Shown here one piece after another: positions 11,543 to 22,635 of a stretch of 42,635 nucleotides of DNA. The DNA is taken from positions 3,860 through 46,494 of the forward strand of contig NW_025215219.1 of assembly GCF_004010195.1 (NCBI RefSeq), given 5' to 3'. Origin of the DNA: Chiloscyllium plagiosum. Taxonomy: Eukaryota. The notes beneath the pieces are model-generated. The model made no database searches. It saw nothing but the letters and a program-made list of their open reading frames with translations, and was not told the DNA's origin. The position numbers and the translations under genes are program-made. Numbering within the stretch: position 1 is the first letter of the stretch; the number at the start of each line of letters is the position of its first letter.

Positions 11543-12195
11543 ATTTGGAGATGCCGGTGTTGGACTGGGGTGAACAAAGTTAAAAATCACGCAACAGCAG
11601 GTTATAGTCCAACATGTTTAATTGGAAGCACACTAGCTTTCGGAGCGACGCTCTTTCATCAGCTAATGGTGGAGGCCTCAAATCTCATACAGATTTTATA
11701 GCAAAAAATTACATTGTGATGGAACTGAAATTATACATTGAAAAATTGCTTTTCTGTTCAGCCTTTCATCTTTTAGAATACTGTGATCGTGTCTCTTCTT
11801 TCATGGGTAAATCAGAACACTTGTTGCATTCTCGGGTTAGCTGTTAACGATGGTGATAGCTGGACAATATGTTGAAGGTGTTGGCCCCCTATGTTCTCTG
11901 TCTGTGCCATGATGTTTAGATTGAATCTAATCTAAAAAGTGAGATAACTAAGGGTTTGTGATTTACACATGAAAGATGTGAAACTGGCACTGTATTCGAA
12001 CAGATGGAAATCTTAACATGCAATCAATTTTTCAATGTATAAGTTCAGTTACATCACACTGTAAATCTTTGCTATAAATTCTGTGTGAGGATTGAGCCCT
12101 CCACTATCACCTGATGAAGGAACGTCGCTCCGAAAGCTCGTGTCCTTCCAGTTAAACCTGTTGGACTATAACCTGGTGTTGTGTGATTTTTAACT
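11543..12195. mobile_element. Penelope-like fold-back element P1 with long terminal inverted arms
   Basis: Arms ~11579-11810 and ~11950-12195 are inverted. 14-bp TSD actct(t/g)attcctg-like at 11529-11542 and 12193-12206. Confidence 0.8.
12108..12142 (+). ncRNA. Minimal type-I hammerhead ribozyme core (Penelope-associated)
   Basis: cac-CTGATGA-a-ggaac gtc gctcc-GAAA-gctc-gtg: catalytic core, stem II, palindromic AGCT stem III, and cac/gtg stem I. A mirror copy lies on the - strand at ~11634-11662. Confidence 0.6.
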
Positions 12196-13056
12196 CTTGA
12201 TTCCTGTTGTTCCTTTCAAAGTGAATTACCTTACACTCTTCTACATTAAACTCCATTTTCCACCACTTAGCCCAGATCTGCCGGTTATCTATGTCCCTCT
12301 ATAATCTGCAATACTCTTCAGTACTACCCACAATTCCACCGACCTTCGTGTCACCCACAACTTTAATACTCATCTTTCTACGACGTCAGTTAGGTCATTT
12401 AAAAAATGCCAAACAGCAGTTGCCTCAAAACGGATCCTTGCGTTACACCACTAGCAACGAAACTCCAGGATGAGCATGTCCTATCAACCACCATCCTCTG
12501 TCTTCTTTCAGCTAGCCATTTAATGATCCAAACCGCTAAATCAACCGTAATCCTATGCTGCATTATTTGGTGAAATAGCCTACCGTGCAGAGCCTTAACA
12601 AACGTCTAACTGAAATCCATATACATCACAAAAACCGCATTACCCTCATTCACCTGGTTGGTCAGCATGGAAATGAACTCAGTAAGGTTTGTAAGGCAAA
12701 AGTACCCTTCACGAAACCGTGCTGACTATCCCTCGTCAATTTGTTCCTCTCTAGGTTATGATAAATCCTATCTCTCAGAACATTTTCTAAAACTGTATCG
12801 ACAACCGAAATATTGCTCACTGGTCTATAAATAACAGAGTTATCTCCACTCCCCTTCTTCAACAAGGAAACAACATTTGTTATCCTCTATTCTTCTGTGA
12901 ATATTCCTTCAGACAATGGCGATGTATAAATATCAAACCCGAAGGGACTGCAATCTCCTACCTGATTTCCCAGTGTTTGCTGAGCTAAATCTCATACGGC
13001 CAGGGGATTTACTTATTTTCAAACTTCCCAGAATTGCTAACACCTCTTCTTGGGAA

Positions 13057-14050
13057 CGAGGTTGTTTTTCAGACTGGAGTCCTTTGACCAGTGGACTGCC
13101 AGGAAGATCGATGCTGGGTCCACTAGTTTTCGTCATTTATGTAAATGATTTGTTTGTGATCACAAGATATCGAGTTTGCTGATGACACCAAAATTGGAGT
13201 TTTAGTGGACAGCGAAGAAGGTTACTTCAGATTACAATAGGATCTTGATCGGATGGGCCTGTAGGCTGAGAAGTATAAGATGGAGTTTAATTCAGATAAG
13301 TGCATTTTGGGAAACCACATTTTAGCAGGACCTATACACTTAATGGTAATTTCTAAGGGAGTGCTGCTGAACAGAGAAACCTTGGAGTGAAGGTTCATAG
13401 CTCTTTTAAAGTGGACTCTCTATTGATAGGATAGTGAAGAAGGCGTTTGCTATGCTTTCCTTCATCATTCAGAATATTGAGTACAGGAGATGGGAGGTAT
13501 TCTTACGGCTGTACAGGACATTGGTTAGACCACTGTTGGAATATCTGTTCTCACTCCTATCGGAGAGATGCGTATAACTTGAAAGGGTTCAGAAAATATT
13601 GACAAGGCTATTGGCATGTTTGGAGGATTTGAGCTGTAGGGCGATGCTGAAAAGGATGGGGCTGTTTTCCTTGGAGCGTCGGAGGTTTACAAAAGTATGA
13701 TGGGCATAGATAGGATAAATAGACAAAGTCTTTTCCCTGGGGTGGCGGAGTCCAGAACTAAATAGCATAGGTTGACGGTGAGAGGGTAAAGATATAAAAG
13801 AAACCTAAGGGGCAACTTTTTAACGTAGAGGGTGGTTCATGTATGGAATGAGCTCCCAGAAGAAGTCGTGGAGGCTAATAAAATTGCAACATTTAAAAGG
13901 CATTGGGATGGGTATTTGAATTGGAAGGATGTAGAAGAATATGGGCCAAGTGCTGGGAGGTGGAAGTAGATTGGGTTGGGATATCTGTTTGGCGTGGACG
14001 GGTTGGACCGAATAGTCTGTTTCCAAGCTGTACACCTCTGTGACTTTGAC
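13057..14050 (+). mobile_element. CR1 LINE RT C-terminal half and 3' end
   Basis: FSDWSPLTSGLPGRSMLGPLVFVIYVNDL followed by gagtttgctgatgacacc (FADDT) and a typical CR1 3' UTR. Confidence 0.9.
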
Positions 14051-14399
14051 TCCATGCCAGCAGTTATCTTAGTATTCTCCTCGACAACATTGTATCTTTC
14101 AAGTGTGAATACTCACGAAAAACATTCATTTCACACTTCCACATCTCCTCAAACTCCACGGAAAACTTGTAACTATTATCCTTGATTGGTCCTAATATTT
14201 CTGAATGCTTTCTTTTATTTTTGATTTACCGATAGAAAGCTTTCGGGTTTTCTTTGTTAACACCTACCAATGAGTTCATTATGTCCCCTCCTGGCTCTTC
14301 TTATCATTCTCTTTAGGTCTTTTCTGGCAAACGTGCAACTCTCAAACGCCAAAACTGATCAGTTGTCTAACTGATCCCAGAATGAGCCCTACTTATTTA

Positions 14400-14770
14400 G
14401 GTGTCCGAACACCTCTCTGATTTTACTACTACTCAGCTTCCACACTAGCTCCCTGGATTTCCGCCAGAAATCCCCATCCCTTTCCTATCTATATCGATAG
14501 TTCCTATGTGGACCACAACTTGGGGCTTGTCCCCCTCAACCTAAAGAATCCCAACACAAGATCCAGGAATTCACTAACCCCGAAACCTGGCAGGCAATGC
14601 AAAAAGCTGAGACTCTCTCGTTCCCATAGTACCTCCTAACTGCGGAGTCCCCGATTAGCAATGGTCTGCTTTACTCCACCCTTCCATTCTGAGCAACAGG
14701 GATAGACTCTGTACCCCATTTCTTACCCCTCATAATTCGTACCGCCCCAGCAGTATCCACAACAGTATTG
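14400..14770 (-). mobile_element. CR1 ORF1 (SGNH esterase) relic
   Basis: Minus strand reads IGDS...LPG.R...EGDKPQVVVHIGTIDI, matching the CR1 ORF1 esterase motif VVVHIGTNDI. Confidence 0.75.
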
Positions 14771-16513
14771 AACTAAGAAAATCGCAAGAATAGATTCTGA
14801 TTTCGTTCAACATTTGATAAATATGGCTGAAATGCTTTGGCTATTCGCTCGGCAATACAACCTAACTCTTAGGTTAATCGGTGGGCTCCTCGTAGACAAT
14901 GAAGAACAGACAACCACAGAATGAATTGGTGCCAGTTGTTCAGTAAAAAAGATTCATCTGGTTCCCAGATGTGAGCACAGTGATCTGTAATCCAGAGAAT
15001 ATGGACACATGGCTCATGCACACACAAACTCGGGTCGTACTGAGAATAAACCCCAGCTGCTGTGAGAGGTGGAGGAGTAGGACTGAACTGGCTTTGGAGC
15101 GATCCGGCACAAATGCGATGGGATGAATGACGTCCACAGTTTTTGCAACCACTCTAAGATTGTGTGATGAGCTCACGAAAATGTTTTGCTTAACTAGTTC
15201 GCAGATCATGAGAGCTGCCTGCCAATGTCTAAGGCAATGGCTATCGGTGACTACAAATGCAGGCCATCACTAACTGTGAGTCCTTTAATTGAAAATTGTT
15301 TTTTTAATCAAACTGTTTAGAAAACGTATAACACTCTTCTGGAATCAGCTGGCATTTGAACCATGATCGTCTTCCCAGCTGAGTGGCTCTTCTACTCTTC
15401 TCAATTGCTCACTCCTTCTTGTTCTAAGATTGGTTAAATCTGCAATAAGATGTGATGTGTGTGGCTTTCTGCACCTCAGATATCACAGCCTCATATTCTC
15501 TCATGGATTTAGTCGTAGCTACGTATTTGAGCAAGAGTAGGATAAACAGTCCCTCAAACCTGGTTCACCATCCTGATTGCGCAATATTAATCACCAGAGC
15601 CGCAGGAATGTGATTGATTCAACTGTTTGCTGAAATGGCCGAGCAAGCCACTTAGTTTCCTCCATCTCTACACAGTCTCAACAGAGAAATTAATCTGCAC
15701 GGACCACTTAGTATCGACATAATCTCTGAAAAGACAATTGCAGAAACAACCTTTTTGACCCAGCATAGTTCTTCGTACAAACATCTGGGGGCTTGTGTCC
15801 AACTTGGGATAGCTATCTCACAGTTTAGTCAAGCAACAGCCTGACATAGTCTTTCTTATGGAATCACATTATCTAGACAATTTCTCAGCCAGTATCATCA
15901 ACCATCCCTGTATGCATCCTGTTCTCCGTTCCACCCTGCCTTGGCTAATGAATCAGTATTCCTTTTTGTTGAACACTGTTTGGAAGAAACATTGAGGGAG
16001 GCAATAGGACAAATTTAATTTGGATGGGGCATTTCTGTGTCCATCTCCAGGATTGGCTTGGCAGGAGCACTACTGAACGCAAAGTTTGGATTGTAAAGGA
16101 CAAAGCTGCTAGAATGGGCTGCAGCAGGTGTGGAGAGAATCAAGAAGAAGGAAAAGCATATTGGTCCTCAACACCATACATTGACAACTGCGTGGTCAAA
16201 TTCCGCCTAAAATTGCGTTTGCAAATTTGCTGACGACACCACATTTGTAGGTCAGAATTCAAACAACAACAAGACAGTATACCAAAAAGAGAGTTTTGCA
16301 GGATGGTGTAAAGATAGCTCACTCTCCATCAATATCAGAAAAAAATAAGGAGCCATTCATTGACTTTTAGAAGTGGAGTACAGGACACACACTTTTCTTC
16401 ATGAATGAAGCTGAGGCAGAGAAAGTACAGAGCATCAAGTTCCTGGAAGAAATTATCAATTATAATTTGTCCTGCTCCAGCCATGCTGATGCAACTGTCA
16501 AGAAAGTTCAAAA

Positions 16514-16875
16514 TTAAAAATCGCACACCACCAGGTTATAGTCCAACTGGTTTAATTGGAAGCAGTAGTTTTTGGAGTTCCGCTTCTTCATCAGGTGGTT
16601 ATCGAGGACACAATTGAAAGACACAGAATTTATAGCAGAAGTTTACAATGTAATGTAACCTAAATTATACATTGAAAATTATCTTGATTGTTTGTTGACT
16701 CTTTTGTCTGCTCGAATACCATGATAGTTTCACTTCTTAGTATGCTACACAACCACCTGATGAAGGAGTGGCGCTTTGAAAGCGAGTGCTTTCAATTAAA
16801 CCTGTTGGATAATAAACTGTTGTTCTGTGATTTTTAACTGTGTTCACCCGGTCCAACACCGGCATTTCCAAGTCA
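16514..16875. mobile_element. Penelope-like fold-back element P1
   Basis: Inverted arms. Degenerate hammerhead core cacctgatgaaggagtggcgctttgaaagc at ~16754-16783. Confidence 0.75.
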
Positions 16876-17317
16876 AGAAAGTACAACAACTTCTTGGCTT
16901 CCACGGGAGGCAAAGGAAAGTTGGCATGTCCACAAAGACGTTTACCAATTTTATAGATGAATCGTAGAAACCAGCCTCTCAAGAGGCAACACAATGTGGT
17001 TTGACGTCTGCTCCTCCATACCACAAGGAACTACAGGTATTTGGCAGCACAGTCCATTTCATTTTTTTAAACCAGTCATCCATTCATTGACTCCATACAT
17101 GCGTCCTGCTGCCACGGGAAAACAACTAACGTAAGACCCCCTCCCACTCAGGTTATATTTTCTTCGAACCTGTTCCGTCAGGCAGAAGATATAAACGTTT
17201 GAATGCACACGCAAACAAATTCAAGAACATTTTCTTCCCGTTTTTCGTTATACTTTTGAACAGACTCCTCAAATGTTAATTTTGATCTCTCTCTGCACAT
17301 TCTCTGCGGCTGTAGCA

Positions 17318-17577
17318 TAGAACATAGAACATAGAACAATACAGAACAGAACAGGCCCTTCGGCCCACGATGTTGTGCCGAACATTTGTCCTAGCTTAAG
17401 CACCCATCCATGTATCTATACAATTGCCGCTTAAAGGTCACCAAAGATTCTGACTCTACCACTCAAACAGGAAGCGCATTCCATGCCCCCACCACTCTCT
17501 GGGTAAAGAACCCACCCCTGACATCTTCCTTCTCCCTTCCACCCTTCACCTTAAATTTATGTCCCCTTGTAACACTC
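17318..17577 (-). mobile_element. Younger 5'-truncated CR1 3' end with (catagaa)n tail
   Basis: TRGHKFKVKGGREKEDVRGGFFTQRVVGAWNALPV and a catagaacatagaacatagaa tail. Confidence 0.9.
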
Positions 17578-18417
17578 TGAAACATTATACTTAACACTCG
17601 GTTTGCGACCCTTATGCACTTTTTATGGTCTGATCCATCTGTACAGCAGGAAAAACAACACTGTTCACTGCATCCTGGACATGTGACAACAATGTTATCA
17701 AACTCAAACTCATCCTTACTTATATGCCACCTGCAGATGCATCTGTCCATGATGGTAAATAGTATCTGTAAGAGTGACTAATGCACATTCCTTGGGTAGA
17801 TGAAGTACTGCCTTAACATTGCGATCTTCTTCATCGTGTTCTGTAGCACACAGACCATGTTAAATGTGACAGAATTTGAACAGATGTAGCATCTCAAGTC
17901 TGGGCATCCATGAGACGCAGTGGGCATCAATAGCAGCAGAGCTGTACTTCAGCACAACTGGAAACCTCATGACCGGAATATCATTACCTCAGTCATGATC
18001 CTCAAGCTACGGAATCCACCTTTATTCGATGGAGAGTGCACAAGAGCATGCCAGGAGAGGTTCAGGCAAAATTAAAGTTGAGGTGTCCACCTGGTGAAGG
18101 TACCAAATAGGACTAATTGCACACCAAACAACGTAAGCAGCAGATGATAGAATTAAGCATGTCCACAATCAACAGATTAGATCTAAAGTCTACACCCCAA
18201 CCTCATCAATTTCGAACGGGAACGTACAGTTGAATAACTCATTGGAGGAGGAGGCTCAACAAGTATCTTAACCCTCAATGATGGAAGAGACCAATGCATC
18301 AGCGGAAATGATATAACTGAAGCATTTGCATCAATCTTCCAACTGAAGTGACAGATGGCTGTTCTACCAAGGCCTTCTTCACTGGCCCCAGCATCAAAGA
18401 TATCAGTCTTTATACAA

Positions 18418-18646
18418 AGTTAAAAATCACACAACACCAGGTTATAGCCCAACAGGTTTAATTGGAAGCACACAAGCTTTCAGAACGACGCTCCTTCATC
18501 CTTCATGCTTCATCACTATCATCTGATGAAGGAGCGAAGCTCCGAAAGCTAGTGTACTTCCAATTAAACCTGTTGGACAATAACCTGGTATTGTGTGATT
18601 TTTATCTTTGTACACCCCAGTCGAACACCGGCATCTCCAAATCAAT
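18418..18646. mobile_element. Penelope-like fold-back element P1
   Basis: Inverted arms. TSD tctttatacaa at 18407-18417 and 18647-18657. Confidence 0.8.
18520..18554 (+). ncRNA. Minimal hammerhead ribozyme core
   Basis: cat-CTGATGA-a-ggagc gaa gctcc-GAAA-gcta-gtg, with a perfect 5-bp stem II. Confidence 0.6.
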
Positions 18647-19359
18647 TCTTTATACAATTCGATTCACTCCATGTGATATCATGAAATGTTTGAATGCAGA
18701 GGATCATGCAAAGATTTTGGGCCCTGATAATGTTCCAGCAATAGTACTGGATACTTGTGTTCTTCCAGTACAGTCGCAGCACAGGCATCTACCTGACAAA
18801 ATGGAAAATTGCCCATATATGTCCTGTACTCGAAAAGCAGGACACATCCAACCAGGTCAATTACGTCCCATTTTTCTACCCTTGATAAGCAGTTTAGTGA
18901 TAGTAGGCATCATCAGCTGTGCTTATCAAATAGTGCCTGTTCAACAATAACCTGCTCAGTGAAGCCCTTTTTGAGTTGCGCCAGGGCCACTCAGCTCATG
19001 ACCTTATTGCTGCCTTCTTTCAAACATAGGCAAGTGGTTCGAGAGGTAACGTGAGAGTGACACGCTTGTCATCAAGACTGCATTTGACTAGGTTTTGCAT
19101 CAAGGAGTAGAAGCACAAGTGTAACCAGTGAGTATCAGAGCAAGCTCTCCGTTTCTTGGAGTCAATCCTGGCAAATAGGATGACGGTTGAGATTGGTGGA
19201 GGTCAGTCATCTCGGATCTCATACATTACTTCAGGAGTATATTTGCATAGTGTCCTCGGCCAATAATCTCCAGCCGCTTCTTCAACGACCTTCTCTCCAT
19301 CACATGTTCAAAAGTGGGGATGTTTGTAACTGAATGCACAATGTTCAGCACAATTTACG

Positions 19360-19660
19360 GCAGCACGTTTCGATTCCACTATCAGATGACTGTCTGTGTG
19401 GAGTGTGCATATTCTTCCTTCCTCTGCATGAATTTCCTCTGGCTGCACCGCTTTCCTCCCATAGTCCAAAGATTAGGACAGATGAATTGGCCATTGTAAA
19501 TTGGTCACAGTGTTCAGGGATGTGCAGGCGACTGGAAATTAGCCATGGGAAAAGCGGTGTTCTCGGAACAGTGTGGTGGGGTGTGTTGGGCAGGGTTACT
19601 CTTAAGATGGTCAGTGTAGATGTGATGAGCCGAATGGCCTGCTTCTATACGGTAGTATTC
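19360..19660 (+). mobile_element. Degenerate V-SINE/HE1-like SINE
   Basis: B-box-like gtttcgattcc, then gtctgtgtggagtgtgca...ttcctcccatagtccaaaga, the V-SINE core. Confidence 0.7.
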
Positions 19661-20689
19661 ATTTTTCATTTTTCAAATATTGAAGTAGTCCATGTGCAAG
19701 AGTTGGGCTACATCCAGGCTTGTGCTGCCATGTACCAAGTAGCATTGCGTAGCCACACAAATGCCAGGAAATGACTGTCACCATTAGGAGAAAATCTCAC
19801 GACTGCACCTTGATTTTCAATGACGTTACCATTTCAATTTTCGACATATTTGTGATTATCAATCCCGTGGCATCAACGTCCTTGCGGTTATCATTGACCA
19901 GAATCTCAACTGGACATGCACATAAGGACAGTTGCTACATGTGCAGGTCAGAGGCTAGGAATGCTGTGATGAACAACTTACCTCCTGACTCAGTAAAACA
20001 TCTACAACACCATAAGTCAGGAGTGTGATGAACTAATCTCTATTTCTTTGGTTGTATGCATTTACCACAACACTGAGGCAGCTTGTCACCATCCAGGACA
20101 AAGCAGCGTGCCTGATTGGCATGACGTCCACAAGCGTCCAGTGACACTCAGTAGCAGCAATGTGTTTCATTACAAGATGCAGTGTGAAACTTCAGCAAAG
20201 ACCTGTAGATAGCTCCTTCCAAACCAACTATAATTTTTGCCAAGATAGTGAAGGGCATCAGGTACATCAAAACATCAGCACGTGCAAGTTCCTCACCAAG
20301 ACACACACCAGCCTGACTTGAAAATATGTCGTTGTCCTTCACCGTTGCTGAATCAAAATCCCGGAGTCGGTTTCTAAGGGACTGCAGCAGTTCAAGAAGG
20401 CTGTTCTGCACCATCCTCTCAAGTGCAACTAGGGATGGGTAATAAATGCTGTCCAGCCAGAGACGCCCTTGTCCCATAAACAGAAGACATTGATGACAAG
20501 CGACTGCGGAAGATTTTGGGAGGCGATCTGATTCACTGCAATTCAGGAGTGAGTGCAGAAGAGCTGGTGTCAGTGAACAGTGTGAGGGCGACAAACAAAG
20601 TCTGAGAAGCAAATGAAGAGGACTCTGATAGGAGTTGTCTCAGCCACTGCCCAGAAACAAATAACAAAGCAAACGAGCAGAGTGGCCAT

Positions 20690-21125
20690 TTTAGAGCGGC
20701 CAATTTGAGAATGACTGCTTTGTGTTTGAAATTTTGCTGGACGTCTAAGTGTCGGCAGAAATGGATATCGGGCTATGGTTAGGAAGACGACCATCAGCGA
20801 AGTAAGGGAGTCGAACGAGGAACGTAGGAGCATAACGGTAAAGTAAAAGGAAACCGAACTGTGATTTCACAGGCAGCAGGTAAGTGAGTGGCTGTTGAAT
20901 GGTGAGTAGCTTTTCTTCTGTGTTATTTTCACTTGGCTTTGCTTCCACTGTTAAGGTGACTTAAAGGTTTAAATAATGGCAGAAGTTCCCAAGGTCGTGT
21001 CATACTCCTCCTGTATAATGTCTGAATTGAGAGATGCTTCAGATGATCCTGACCACTTTATGACCATCTGCAACTTCTGTCTGACAGCTTTACAGGTCTG
21101 GAGCTGTGGTCAGGTTCACTGATGG
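20690..21125 (+). mobile_element. CR1 5' UTR / ORF1 N-terminal relic
   Basis: SSCIMSELRDASDDPDH...HLQLLSD resembles the CR1 ORF1 N-terminal C-x2-C region. Confidence 0.55.
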
Positions 21126-21808
21126 ATTCATAGAGCCCTGCAGAACGGAGAAAGGCTCTTCTGCCCGAACTGGTCCATGCCGAACAAAATGCCCACTCAC
21201 GCAAAACCTAGTTCCCTGAACTTACCCCATATCTTTCTAAACCTTTGCTATCCATACACTTGTCCAAACGCCTTTTGAATGTTGTTAATGTACCCACATC
21301 AACCATTTCTGCTGGCACCGTATTCAATATGCGTAGCTCCCTCTGTGTAAAAGAGTTGCCCCTCAAGATCCCTTTTATTCTTTCCCCTCTAACATTGCAC
21401 AATACTCCAAGTGCGGCCTCACCAACGCCCTGTACAACTGCAAAATAACTTCCACACCCAGTGTCCTGACAGATGAACGCCAGTGTGCCAAAAACTTTCT
21501 TCACTGCGCTGTCTACTTTTGACTCCACTTTCAAAGAACCGTGCACCTGAACCCCTGTTCACTGCATTCCTTAAGACCGAAACATTCACCATAGAACTCC
21601 TACCCTAATGTGACTTTGCAAAATGCATACCTCACTCTTATCTATATTATCGACATTTACCTATATTTGCAATTTCTCAGCCAACTTCCCCAGTTGATTC
21701 AGATCCTGCTTCAATTTCTGATAACTTTTCTCACTGTCCATGATACTGTGTATTTTTGTGTACTGTGCAATCTTACTAATCATGCCTTGTACATTCCCAC
21801 CCAAATCA
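21126..21808 (-). mobile_element. CR1 LINE 3' end
   Basis: HGSLKVESKVDSAVKKVFGTLAFI...RGNSFTQR..TFKRRLDKCM. Confidence 0.9.
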
Positions 21809-21809
21809 T

Positions 21810-22633
21810 TCAAAAATATAGGCTAATTAAGTCTCTCGACCATGCGAATATGTGAAGCGAGAGAAAAAATTGCTGCGCTACTGGTGATGATCTTTGTATT
21901 CTCACTGTCGACTGGAATAGTGACAGATGATTGGAGGGAGGCGACTGATATTCCCTTGTTCAGAAAAGGCAAAAAAAGATATTCCTGGGAACTGCAGATC
22001 AGTCAGTCTAATGACGTTGATGAGCAAATTATTGGAGAGGACTTTGAGAGAAAGGATTACTTGGAAAATGATAGATGATTACAGATATTCAACATGGATT
22101 TGTGAAAGATTGTTCACGGCTCACACACTTTGTTGAATTATTTGAGGACATGATGCAACACATTGATGAAGTGTATTTGGTGTAAATGGATTTTGCCGAG
22201 GCGTTTGAAAAAGTTTCCCACGTTAGGCTCATTTACAAACTATGTAGACGTGGCACACGGAAATCTGGCTGTGGATATAGAATTGGGTGACGCATAGAAG
22301 ACAGTGGGTGTTAGTCGATGGAAAAAAGATTCCGCCTGGAGCTTGTTGATTGGTAATATTCCACAGAGATCGCTTTTGAGATTTCTGTTCTTTGTGCGTT
22401 TTATAAATATTTTGGATGAGGACGTGGATGGGTGAATTACCGATGACATGATGTTTGATGGAGTTTTGTAATGTGTAGAGTTGGAGGTTGCAGCGGGACA
22501 TTGACAGGATGCAAAACTTGTCTGATAAGTGGCAGTTGTACTTCAATCTTGAAAAGTTTGAAATGATTCATTTTGGAAGGTCGAATGTGAATACAGAATA
22601 CAGGGTTAAACGCATGATTCTTGGCATCGTCGT
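21810..22633 (+). mobile_element. CR1 RT fragment, cut off by a Gypsy LTR
   Basis: EAREKIAA.L.MIF..SLSTGIVTDDWREA..PLFRKG, PGNCRSVSL, QHGFVK, DF..AFEKV.H. Confidence 0.85.
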
Positions 22634-22635
22634 TC

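Larger units (their letters stand above)
10845..13050 (-). mobile_element. CR1 LINE, RT to 3' end, interrupted by the P1 element
   Basis: ORFs: RGHSFALGGDRFNTHVRGCFFTRGVVRAWNA, KKGSGDNSVIYRPVS..DSQHGFVKG, KISKSPG. Confidence 0.9.
16165..17700 (+). mobile_element. Rex1/Babar-like LINE 3' fragment nested in LINE B
   Basis: CKFADDTTFVGQNSNNNKTVY..WCKD..IDFR..SIKFL motif series typical of Rex-Babar RT. Confidence 0.7.
15760..20480 (+). mobile_element. Near full-length degenerate CR1/L2-clade LINE (family B): APE endonuclease, RT and 3' UTR, with nested insertions
   Basis: NIWGL..QQPDIVFLMESH and WMGHFCVH (GDFN-like) in the endonuclease. Resumes at ~17700 with LIL..P.ADASVHD. GPDNVPAIVL and EVGMFVTECT (FADDCT-like). 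aataaatg at the 3' end. Confidence 0.8.

Noticed and set aside
10845..14050. Twin-priming inversion of one CR1 (also considered for 21126-22633)
   Set aside because: Both halves at 10845-14050 have their own 3' ends. The halves at 21126-22633 overlap by more than 200 bp and differ in sequence, so separate insertions are more likely.
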